Source of the DNA: Moraxella sp.
GTDB taxonomy: Bacteria; Pseudomonadota; Gammaproteobacteria; Pseudomonadales; Moraxellaceae
Length of the DNA: 64,000 nucleotides
Assembly (NCBI GenBank): GCA_041811915.1
Contig: JBGXSA010000021.1
Location: 2,656-66,655, forward strand
Direction of reading: 5' to 3'
Numbering within the stretch: the first letter of the stretch is position 1; every line of letters starts with the position of its first letter. Under the pieces are notes generated by a model. It ran no database searches. It saw only the letters and a list, made by a program, of their open reading frames with translations, and was not told the DNA's origin. The position numbers were made by a program, and so were the translations under genes. Positions 54,761 to 63,662 of this stretch are shown one piece after another.

Positions 54761-55990
54761 CTAAAACAACACACGCACCTTGATGGTTTCGGGCACGGCT
54801 TTAAGCTTGGCAAGGGCGGCCTCTGAATTGTCATCGTCCACGTCCATGACCAAATAACCCACATCGCCCTCGGTCATTAAATTTTGTGCCAAAATATTAA
54901 TGTCCGCCTCGGCAAACGATGAGTTGATTTGTGACAGTACACCAGCCACGTTTTTGTGGATGTGCAATAGGCGGTGCGTACCCTCTTTGAATGGAATGGA
55001 AACATTGGGAAAATTGACCGCCGTCAGCGTATCGCCCATGTCAGAATAACGCACAAATTTATCCGCCACCTCAAGACCGATGTTGGCTTGGGCTTCTTGG
55101 GTTGAGCCGCCGATGTGTGGGGTCAAAATGACATTGTCAAAGGCGCGCAGTGGCGATTCAAATTCTTCATCAGCAGATTTGGGCTCTTTGGGGAATACGT
55201 CAATTGCCGCCCCAATGATGTGTCCAGACGCCAACGCCTCCGCCAAATCTTCAATGACGATACATTTGCCACGAGCGGCGTTAATGATGTGGGATTTGGG
55301 CTTCATCAAATTAAGCTCGCGCTTGGTAATCATACCGCGCGTTTCTGGTAAATCAGGGACGTGCAAGGTCACAATGTCGGCATTTTGCAATAATTCTTCC
55401 AAATTTGCCACTTGACGAGCATTGCCCAAAGGCAGCTTGGTGATGACGTCGTGATAAATGACTTTCATGCCAAGGCTTTCGGCAAGCACAGACAGCTGAG
55501 AACCGATAGAGCCGTAACCGATGATGCCCAAAGTCTTGCCACGCACTTCATAGCTGTCTTTGGCGGATTTGTTCCAGCCGCCACGATGCACGACAGCGTT
55601 TTTTTCAGGAATGCCGCGCATGAGCATGATAATTTCAGCCAGTACCAATTCGGCAACCGAGCGCGTGTTGGAATAAGGGGCATTAAACACAGGAATACCA
55701 AATTCGCGCGCGGCATCCAAATCCACTTGGTTGGTGCCGATACAAAAGCAGCCGATGGCGACCAGTTTTTCGGCGTGTTCAAGCACCTTGCGAGTTAGGT
55801 TGGTGCGTGAGCGAATACCGATAAAATGAGCGTCTTTGATTTTTTCAATCAACTCTGCTTCATCAAGTGCGGTTTTGATATTTTCCACATTGGTGTAGCC
55901 TGCCTCTGCAAGCACTTTAAAGGCGTTGTCGTGCAAGCCTTCAAGCATCAAAAAGCGGATTTTTTCTTTGCCAAGGGACAAATGAGCCAT
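54761..55990 (-). CDS. serA: D-3-phosphoglycerate dehydrogenase / 2-oxoglutarate reductase
   Basis: GIRSRT, GCFCIGTNQVD, NTRSVAELV, GYGSIG, LTPHIGGST and C-terminal ACT (HKNVAGVL). Confidence 0.97.
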   Translation of the reverse strand: MAHLSLGKEKIRFLMLEGLHDNAFKVLAEAGYTNVENIKTALDEAELIEKIKDAHFIGIRSRTNLTRKVLEHAEKLVAIGCFCIGTNQVDLDAAREFGIPVFNAPYSNTRSVAELVLAEIIMLMRGIPEKNAVVHRGGWNKSAKDSYEVRGKTLGIIGYGSIGSQLSVLAESLGMKVIYHDVITKLPLGNARQVANLEELLQNADIVTLHVPDLPETRGMITKRELNLMKPKSHIINAARGKCIVIEDLAEALASGHIIGAAIDVFPKEPKSADEEFESPLRAFDNVILTPHIGGSTQEAQANIGLEVADKFVRYSDMGDTLTAVNFPNVSIPFKEGTHRLLHIHKNVAGVLSQINSSFAEADINILAQNLMTEGDVGYLVMDVDDDNSEAALAKLKAVPETIKVRVLF

Positions 55991-56133
55991 ACAGTTTCCT
56001 TAAAAGGTTTGGTCAAATAAATATGGCTATCGTACCACATTCTAAAAGATAAATCATGAATAAATTTATGACAAAATACCATATCTTGTGTGCAAATGTG
56101 TATGTCATTGACTTGTGAATTGGCGGTGTTAAA

Positions 56134-57063
56134 ATGAGAAAATTTAAAATAATTACCGTGGAGAATCGTGTGGAGCGCTTAAATTTACGAAAATATCCAT
56201 CCACCACCGCTTTGCAGTGCTTTGAGTGCACCGCTCGTCATTTGAGTTTTACCAAGGCGGGCAAGGAATTACACATGACTCAAAGTGCGGTGAGTAAGCA
56301 AGTGGCGCATTTAGAGGAGCAGTTGTCGGTACAGTTGTTTTATCGTTCAAGCACAGGTTTGTTTTTGACGCCAGCTGGCAAGTCTTATTATTTAGAAACG
56401 CTCAAAATTTTACAGCATTTGGAAATTGCCACGCTCAATCTGATGGCGCATGGGGTGGAGGCAGATACCTTGCGCATTGTGTCGCACCCAACTTTGTGCG
56501 CCAAATGGCTCATTCCTACGCTCAAGGGCTTTGGGCGCGCGCACCCTTTGATTCATCTGGACATTGCCGAACAGTCGCACGCGTTGATTGATGATGATAT
56601 GGATATGGCGTTTTTGTATGGCGATGGGGTGTGGGCGGACATGGAGGTGGTGAAATTATTTGATGAATGTTCGGTGGCGGTGTGTGCGCCAAGCTATGAA
56701 TGTGATTTTTGTGATGTGCAAAGCCTAAGCTGTGCCACTTTGTTGCAATTGAGAACGCGGCCGCGCGCTTGGCATGATTATTTTAATGAGCAAGGTATTG
56801 TACACGAAAAAGCCATGACGGGCGTGCGTTTTGACACCTTTAATGCGTGCATCAATGCTGCCAAAATCGGCTGCGGTGCGGCGCTTGTGCCAACCAGATT
56901 TGTGCTTGAAGAGCTACAAAATGGCACATTAAAACTGGCAAACACTTATCAAATGACAGGACAGGGCGCGTATTATATGGCGTATCAGGCGCGACTTGGC
57001 AACACCAAAAAAGTACAAGCCATGCTAAGCTGGATAAATCATCATATGCAATTGAATGCTTGA
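56134..57063 (+). CDS. LysR-type regulator, GcvA-like
   Basis: FECTARHLSFTKAGKELHMTQSAVSKQVAHLE HTH; KWLIPTL..F..HP. Confidence 0.92.
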   Translation: MRKFKIITVENRVERLNLRKYPSTTALQCFECTARHLSFTKAGKELHMTQSAVSKQVAHLEEQLSVQLFYRSSTGLFLTPAGKSYYLETLKILQHLEIATLNLMAHGVEADTLRIVSHPTLCAKWLIPTLKGFGRAHPLIHLDIAEQSHALIDDDMDMAFLYGDGVWADMEVVKLFDECSVAVCAPSYECDFCDVQSLSCATLLQLRTRPRAWHDYFNEQGIVHEKAMTGVRFDTFNACINAAKIGCGAALVPTRFVLEELQNGTLKLANTYQMTGQGAYYMAYQARLGNTKKVQAMLSWINHHMQLNA

Positions 57064-57111
57064 ATGCTTGAATGCTTGAATGCTTGAATGCTTGAATGCT
57101 TGAATGCTTGA
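57052..57111 (+). repeat. perfect tandem repeat (TTGAATGC) x7.5
   Basis: Seven exact 8-bp units plus TTGA; contains the LysR stop codon (57061-57063). Confidence 0.98.
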
Positions 57112-57231
57112 TTTGAGTAACGTCATTTTCATTATCAAGAAAAAACAGAATACCCCACCGCCAAATATTCGTTTGTATCATCGCTTCAGAGTTGCCAAAA
57201 TAATGTTGAATTTGATAAATAAGGGAATATC

Positions 57232-58494
57232 ATGGCAACACCAGCACATCTGCCTGATGGCATGGGCATCGTCCACCCCATCACCCTAAGTCATGGCAAC
57301 AATGCCCGTGTATGGGACACGGACGGCAAGGCATATATTGATTTTTTTGGTGGGATTGGCGTGCTTAATTTTGGGCATTGCCACCCTGCCATTGTCAATG
57401 CCATCACCACACAGGCAAGCAAGCTCACCCATGCCGCTTATAACGCCACTTATCACACCCTTTATACAGACTACATTAAGCGGCTCACTGACATCATCCC
57501 GATTGATGATGATTTGTCCGTCATGCTCACCAATAGCGGTGCTGAAGCAGTCGAAAATGCCCTAAAAATCGTCCGCCAAGCCACAGGCAAAGCAGGCGTG
57601 ATTGCCTTTGATGGCGCATTTCATGGGCGTACGCTTGGCACGGTGAATCTAAATGGTAAAGTCACTCCCTACAAATCAGGCTTGGGGCTCTTGGCAAGTG
57701 GCGTGTATCACATTCCCTTTGCCAGTCGTGATACGGGCGTGAGTGTTCAGACGGCTATTGATGCGCTTGAGCGACTCATCAGCGTTGAAGTGGATATAGC
57801 GAACATCGGTGCGGTGATTGTCGAGCCTGTACAAGGCGAAGGCGGGTTTGCCGTGATGGATAGTGAGCTTGCCAAGTATCTGCGTGCGTTTTGCGATACG
57901 CATGGTATTGTGCTGATTTTTGATGAAATCCAAGCAGGCTTTGGGCGCACAGGCACGCCGTTTGCCTTTAGTCATCTGGGCATTGAGCCTGACATACTCT
58001 TACTTGCCAAAAGTATGGCGGGCGGTATGCCACTTGGGGCGGTCGTTGGGCGGGATAAATTCATGCAAGGGCTGATTAAAGGCAGTCTTGGCGGGACTTA
58101 TTCGGGCAACCCTGTGGCGTGTGCTGCTGCGATGGCGGTGCTTGAGATTATGGCGGATGATACGCTGTGGCAAAACGCCAAACGCTACGCCGACACGCTT
58201 GAGATGACCATCAGCACTTGGCAACAAGACGGTATCAACGACTGGGTGGCAGGTTTGACAGGCATTGGTGCGATGCGTGGCATTATCCTAAAACACCCCA
58301 AATACGGCACGCATCCTAAGGTCATGGACTATGTGCTGACTACCGCAAGAGATAAGGGCTTATTACTCATGCCAAGTGGCAAATATCGCCATATCATTCG
58401 CCTATTGCCCCCATTGACCATTGAGATGGATACCTTGAGTAAGGGCTTAAACATTTTAAAAGATGTCTTGGCAAGTATTCCTGATGAGATTTAA
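57232..58494 (+). CDS. class III aminotransferase, most like 2-aminoadipate transaminase (P. putida PP_4108 type)
   Basis: IVHPITLSHG..VWDTDGK.YIDF.GGIGVLN.GHC; NSGAEA; FHGRT; EPVQGEGG; DEIQ.GFGRTG; LLAKS (PLP Lys); similarity to PP_4108 recalled from memory. Confidence 0.8.
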   Translation: MATPAHLPDGMGIVHPITLSHGNNARVWDTDGKAYIDFFGGIGVLNFGHCHPAIVNAITTQASKLTHAAYNATYHTLYTDYIKRLTDIIPIDDDLSVMLTNSGAEAVENALKIVRQATGKAGVIAFDGAFHGRTLGTVNLNGKVTPYKSGLGLLASGVYHIPFASRDTGVSVQTAIDALERLISVEVDIANIGAVIVEPVQGEGGFAVMDSELAKYLRAFCDTHGIVLIFDEIQAGFGRTGTPFAFSHLGIEPDILLLAKSMAGGMPLGAVVGRDKFMQGLIKGSLGGTYSGNPVACAAAMAVLEIMADDTLWQNAKRYADTLEMTISTWQQDGINDWVAGLTGIGAMRGIILKHPKYGTHPKVMDYVLTTARDKGLLLMPSGKYRHIIRLLPPLTIEMDTLSKGLNILKDVLASIPDEI

Positions 58495-58544
58495 GTGGGT
58501 TTTTAAGCAATGCTCTGCATCATTTTCAACCTTAAACCGTTTTC

Positions 58545-58647
58545 GTAGGTTGTGGTTGAGCGATAGCGAAACCCAACATTTTAAATGATTGATTTTATTT
58601 AAAATTTATCAAAAAATTGTTGGGTGTCATTCTTCCACTAAGCTTAC
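58545..58647. repeat. REPIN-like inverted doublet of family A REP elements
   Basis: GTAGGTTGTGGTTGAGCGATAGCGAAACCCAACA (plus, 58545-58578) facing GTAAGCTTAGTGGAAGAATGACACCCAACA (minus, 58647-58618). Confidence 0.7.
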
Positions 58648-58705
58648 AAAATTCATTTTTTATAAAATCAATGAGTAAATTTTTTGATAAATACAAGGAG
58701 TTTTT

Positions 58706-60073
58706 ATGAGTCAATTTACCCCAAAAGCCGATATTCGCCACGCCTTTTCGCTAGCGATGTCAAAAATGTACCAAACCGAAGTGCCATTGTACAAAGATTT
58801 AATGGACTTAGTTGCTGACATCAATGCTGATACACTTGCCAAAGATAGTGAATTAAAACAACATCTTAGCAATACAGGCGAGCTGTCTCGCATTGATTTG
58901 GAGCGACATGGGGCGATTCGCTTGGGGCTACCGAGCGAGCTTGCTACCATGCGTCGTCTATTTGCAGTGATGGGGATGTATCCTGTGGGCTATTATGACC
59001 TTGCCCCTGCCGGCGTGCCTGTACATTCAACGGCGTTTCGTGCTATTGACAGTAATGAGCTACAGATGAGTCCGTTTCGGGTGTTTTGCTCGCTACTGCG
59101 CCCTGAACTTATTGATGATGACGCCTTGCGTGATACCGCCCTACAAACCTTGCAAAACCGCCAAATTTTTAGCGATGGCGTGCTGTTTTTGATTGATAAA
59201 CACGAACAAGACGGCGGACTGAACGCTGATGATGCCGATAAGTTTGTCTCTGAAGCCATCAAAACCTTTCAATGGCACAAAATATCGCCCGTTTCCAAAG
59301 CGTTTTATGAACAGCTATTATCACAGCATCGCTTGATTGCCGATGTGGTGGGGTTTTATGGGCCGCACATCAATCACCTAACGCCACGCACACTAGATAT
59401 TGACGCAGTACAAGACGAAATGGGTCGCCGTGGCATCACCGCCAAAGAAATCATTGAAGGGCCGCCACGCCGCAACTGCCCGATTTTGCTACGCCAAACG
59501 AGCTTTAAAGCACTCAATGAAGCCATTACCTTTACAGGCGATGGGCAAGAAGCAGGTAGCCATACCGCACGATTTGGCGAGATTGAACAGCGTGGCATTG
59601 CCTTGACGCCAAAGGGTCGTGCGCTGTACGACGAACTACTTGCCAAAGCACGAGCCAGTCTTGTCACCACGCCCGAAAAAGACCCTGATGCGTATTATCA
59701 GGCTTTGTCAGAGAGCTTTACCACCTTCCCTGATGATTATCAGGCACTCTACAATGACGGCTTGGCGTATTTTTATTATCAGCTTAGTGATGATTTTGCC
59801 AGCAAAGATATGGGCGATAAATCAGTGCAAACCCTGCTAAACAATGGCGTACTGCGACTTGAGCCGATTGTCTATGAAGACTTTTTGCCTGTGTCGGCGG
59901 CAGGGATTTTTCAGTCTAATCTGGGTGATGATGCCAAATCAGGCTATGATGGTGCATCCAACCAAGCCGCCTTTGAGCGTGATTTGGGTGTGGCCGTCTA
60001 TGATGAATGCACGCTCTATCAAGCGATGATGGATAAGTCATTGGCAGAGTGTTTAGAAAAATTATCTAAATAA
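58706..60073 (+). CDS. hglS: 2-oxoadipate dioxygenase/decarboxylase (hydroxyglutarate synthase, DUF1338/YdcJ)
   Basis: F..AMS.MYQ.EVPLY, ERHGAIRLG, HSTAFR, PFRVFCS, HINHLTPRTLDID, RFGEIEQRG and VYEDFLPVSAAGIFQSNL. Confidence 0.9.
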   Translation: MSQFTPKADIRHAFSLAMSKMYQTEVPLYKDLMDLVADINADTLAKDSELKQHLSNTGELSRIDLERHGAIRLGLPSELATMRRLFAVMGMYPVGYYDLAPAGVPVHSTAFRAIDSNELQMSPFRVFCSLLRPELIDDDALRDTALQTLQNRQIFSDGVLFLIDKHEQDGGLNADDADKFVSEAIKTFQWHKISPVSKAFYEQLLSQHRLIADVVGFYGPHINHLTPRTLDIDAVQDEMGRRGITAKEIIEGPPRRNCPILLRQTSFKALNEAITFTGDGQEAGSHTARFGEIEQRGIALTPKGRALYDELLAKARASLVTTPEKDPDAYYQALSESFTTFPDDYQALYNDGLAYFYYQLSDDFASKDMGDKSVQTLLNNGVLRLEPIVYEDFLPVSAAGIFQSNLGDDAKSGYDGASNQAAFERDLGVAVYDECTLYQAMMDKSLAECLEKLSK

Positions 60074-60094
60074 ATTATCTTTAGCAAGTTACAA

Positions 60095-60121
60095 CACCCC
60101 AAAGGCATGGTATTTGGGGTG
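60095..60121. terminator. bidirectional terminator-like hairpin between convergent hglS and the ABC exporter
   Basis: CACCCCAAA...TTTGGGGTG arms. Confidence 0.6.
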
Positions 60122-60214
60122 CTTTGTATCAGTTAGCCTGCGATGCCTAAAGTGTTTAAATGATCTAGGTATGACTATCTGCTATTAGATTGTATACAAA
60201 TAAAGTGCTAAGCT

Positions 60215-62326
60215 TTAATCAATATTCTGCATTGATATTGTTTTACCAAGATTGAGCACCCAATCAGCGCTCTTAATTGTTTCAGGTCGGTGCGCTATCA
60301 TCACTCGTGTGATACCTAGTGATTTGATCATTTTATTAATCTGATGCTCTTTTTTAATATCCAAATGGCTAGTGGCTTCATCCAAAAATAAAATTTTTAG
60401 TCTACGATATAGGGCGCGAGCAATAAAAATACGTTGCTTTTGACCACCTGATAGTATATTGCCCATATCGCCGACAAGCGTCTGATAGCCCATAGGCATT
60501 GTCATGATTTCATCATGAATCCCAGCCATAATAGCACATTGCTCCACCCATTCATTGTCTGGTTTATCATCAAAAAAGCTGATATTTTCAGCTAAAGAGC
60601 CTGCAAATAGTGTGTCATCTTGACTAACACAGGCAATAATATCACGAGCATTTAGCTCTGCCATGCTGTGGTGAACCTTACCTGCAATTTTAATCTCCCC
60701 TGATTTGGGTGTAAGCTCACCCATAAGCAGGCTCATCAGTGTACTCTTTCCACAACCTGTTGCTCCAACGATGGCTACAGATTCTTTGTCTTTAATATGA
60801 AAACTTAAGTTGTTAATAATGCTGGGCTCATCATCATTGTAAGTAAAGGATAGGTTATTTACTTGTATGTCATAAACGGATGTATCTTTTTGTTCTATTA
60901 GGGGTAGATAGTCATTTTTTTCTGTTTTTTCTAATACAATGTCAGCAAGTCTTTCACCATGTAAGTTTAACATTTTTACTTCAATAAATTTATCTATTAG
61001 ATTGCTTACTCGCCCACCAAACTGATTTTTATAGGCGATAAATGCCATTAAAATGCCAACTGTAAAAGTGCCATTAATGACTAGATTTGCACCCAAATAG
61101 ATAATGATAAGATTTTCAAGTCCAAAAATGATACCATTAATAAATCCAAACATAAGCCCTAATTTTTGGGTGTAAAGCCCTGCATTAATGGTATTAACAA
61201 ATAAAGTAAGCCATGTACTCTTTCTTATATCTTCCTTATTAAAACGTTTAATAACACGAATACCGCGCATAGTCTCCATAAAATGCGTACTTTGCTTGGC
61301 AGCATGTATGATTTGTTCTTCGGTAGCTTGTTTTAGGGGTGTATACCAAAGAAAACGCAAGAGTCCATATATCATCATTGCACCCACTGCAACCCATGCC
61401 AAAGCTGGACTATAAAAGAACATCAATACAAGTGTAAATACTGTCATCATGCCATCTAAGACAACGGTCAAAAACGTTGTGGTCAGCGTAGACTGAATAC
61501 TGTCAATTGCTCCAAAACGAGAAATAATATCACCCAAATGTCTTTTTTGAAAAAATTGACTGGGTAGATGTGTTAAATGATGAAAAACATTAGCCTTCCA
61601 TTGGATATTGAGTGTGGTGGAAATATACATACTTATCCATGATTGAAGTAAGCTTGTTAGCTGTGTTAAAAACATGAGTATGCCAAAGCCAATAACCAGT
61701 GTCGTTAATAAATCTTTATCAGCCGATACAATGGCGTGGTCAATCACCCACTGCATAAAAAATTGACTGGTTAGAGCAAATATTTCTAGCACCAATGCTA
61801 AAATCAATATCTGTCCCAAAGGCTTGTAAAGTCCTTTTATTTCGCCAATTAACTTAAATAAACGAATATTAACCTTATCTTCTTTTTTCTCAAAATCACT
61901 ATCCGCCCACACCTCTAGGGCTATCCCTGTAAAATGATCTGACGCCTCTTGAATGGTCATTATTCTTTGTCCAGCACTTGGATCTAGGATAGTAATTTTA
62001 GTTTTGGATACGGATTTTAATACCACAAAGTGATTCATATCCCAGTGCAAAATACATGGCGTACGCAGCCGATTAAGTTCATTCAATTCTAGCCTTAAAG
62101 GGCGCGTGCTAAGCTTCATTTGCTCAGCAATCTTAATAAGCGTGTGCAAAGTTGCACCTTTTTGGGAAATGGGATATTTTTGGCGCAAACTCCATAAATC
62201 AGTCAGATACCCATGATAATGAGCTATCATAGCAAGGCAAGCCAGTCCACACTCAGCAGATTCGGTTTGTAAAATAATGGGTAGTTTGGCTGATAAACCA
62301 AAATTAATGCGTTTTAAAAAATCCAT
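60215..62326 (-). CDS. peptidase-domain (C39) ABC exporter, CvaB/MchF type
   Basis: QTESAECGLACLAM and HWDMNHFVVL (C39 Cys/His); 6-TM region; GATGCGKST, LSGGQKQR, ILFLDEATSHLD and AHRPET. Confidence 0.95.
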   Translation of the reverse strand: MDFLKRINFGLSAKLPIILQTESAECGLACLAMIAHYHGYLTDLWSLRQKYPISQKGATLHTLIKIAEQMKLSTRPLRLELNELNRLRTPCILHWDMNHFVVLKSVSKTKITILDPSAGQRIMTIQEASDHFTGIALEVWADSDFEKKEDKVNIRLFKLIGEIKGLYKPLGQILILALVLEIFALTSQFFMQWVIDHAIVSADKDLLTTLVIGFGILMFLTQLTSLLQSWISMYISTTLNIQWKANVFHHLTHLPSQFFQKRHLGDIISRFGAIDSIQSTLTTTFLTVVLDGMMTVFTLVLMFFYSPALAWVAVGAMMIYGLLRFLWYTPLKQATEEQIIHAAKQSTHFMETMRGIRVIKRFNKEDIRKSTWLTLFVNTINAGLYTQKLGLMFGFINGIIFGLENLIIIYLGANLVINGTFTVGILMAFIAYKNQFGGRVSNLIDKFIEVKMLNLHGERLADIVLEKTEKNDYLPLIEQKDTSVYDIQVNNLSFTYNDDEPSIINNLSFHIKDKESVAIVGATGCGKSTLMSLLMGELTPKSGEIKIAGKVHHSMAELNARDIIACVSQDDTLFAGSLAENISFFDDKPDNEWVEQCAIMAGIHDEIMTMPMGYQTLVGDMGNILSGGQKQRIFIARALYRRLKILFLDEATSHLDIKKEHQINKMIKSLGITRVMIAHRPETIKSADWVLNLGKTISMQNID

Positions 62327-62395
62327 GACTAAGATTATCCATAAAAACTGTGGCAACAAAAAAGGTGCAATTGCACCCATGACAAATTGATTGGT

Positions 62396-63662
62396 TTAAA
62401 TTTTACCTGTGATACTGTAAAGTGGTTCAAGCACCCATTCATATAATTTGCGTGTTTCATGCATGACATCACCCTCCAAGGTCATGCCAACTGCTAGGGG
62501 CAGTTCTTTGCCATAGGCTGTTATGGTTTGCTTATCTAGATGTATCTTAATAACATACATCGGCTCATTGGCGATTTGTTCAGTGGCTGATACTGTGCCA
62601 ATGGTGGGTAAGTTTTGTCCTGCATGAGCAGTTTTGGCAACAGAGATAATACGTCCCTTGGCATGTCCAAATTTCTGATAAGGATACGCTACATAGCGGA
62701 GCAATACTTCATCATCCATCTTAACAAAACCAATAGCACGACTAGGCACATACATCACCGCAATCAAATGGCTGTCATTAGGCAGAATGCTTACAAGTGA
62801 CTGACTGCTATCCACAAATTGCCCCACATCGGCATGAGCGACACTTGCCACACCATCTACTTGGGCTTTAATAAACAAAGTATCGTTGGCTTGGTTTTGG
62901 ATGCTATCGCTTTTGTTGTCAGACAATGTGCGTTCATATTGTAGAAGTGTTGCTTTATGCTCATGCTCTAGACGGTATAAAGCTATGGCTTGCTCTTTGA
63001 TTTGTCTGGCAATGACTTCTTTCTCTCTCGAGAGCGGTTAAACTATTTAGCTGTGTATTGTATGCCATTGTTTGTGATTCTAGCTCTTGCTTGGGTACAG
63101 CCTCACTTTGCATGGCAAATTCATATCGCGCCAAAGTCTCTTTGGCAATGGCAACCTGATGTGCCTGTAAATCCATTTGAGCTTGTAGCTTGTCCATGTC
63201 TATTTGTAGACGCTCTATGGTGTTTGCGATATTTCTTTTTTCGGCAGATTGAGCATGCTTGGTGCGAGTGACTTCATGTTCTATCAGCTGTCTTTTGAAT
63301 GCCAGTTCTTTGTCTAGCATGCTTTGTACATTACCAGCATCAGTATGGCGAGCAGTAGAGATTTTGTACAAAACATCTCCTGCCTTGACTGTCTGACCTT
63401 CAAAAACATGTTTTTCTGTTATCACACCTGCTGTTGTGGTATAGACTTGTACCAACCCTTTGTTGGGAATGAGTTGACCTTTGACTGTACTACGCTTGGT
63501 ATATTCACCCCATACCAAAAATATAATCAGTACAAGCCCTGCCATAAACGCACAAAACGTCAAAAAAGCAAAGCTAATCGGCGTTATTATCACAACCTTA
63601 CCCGCCCAATCTATTTTTTGGGCGGATAGGGCTTCAGGGCGGAATAGACTGGAGATAGGCAA
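62396..63662 (-). pseudogene. HlyD-family membrane fusion protein, CvaA/MchE type, split by a frameshift
   Basis: N-half (SLFRPEAL..GEYTKRSTVKGQLIP..VFEGQTVKAGDVL) and C-half (IKAQVDG..VPSRAIGFV..YPYQKFG..LYEWVLEPL) rejoin in frame if one GA is added to (GA)4 at 63022-63029. Confidence 0.9.

Noticed and set aside
57052-57111. Possible CRISPR array
   Set aside because: Units are 8 bp, contiguous and without spacers; no cas genes. It is a simple VNTR. No CRISPR array was seen anywhere in the window.
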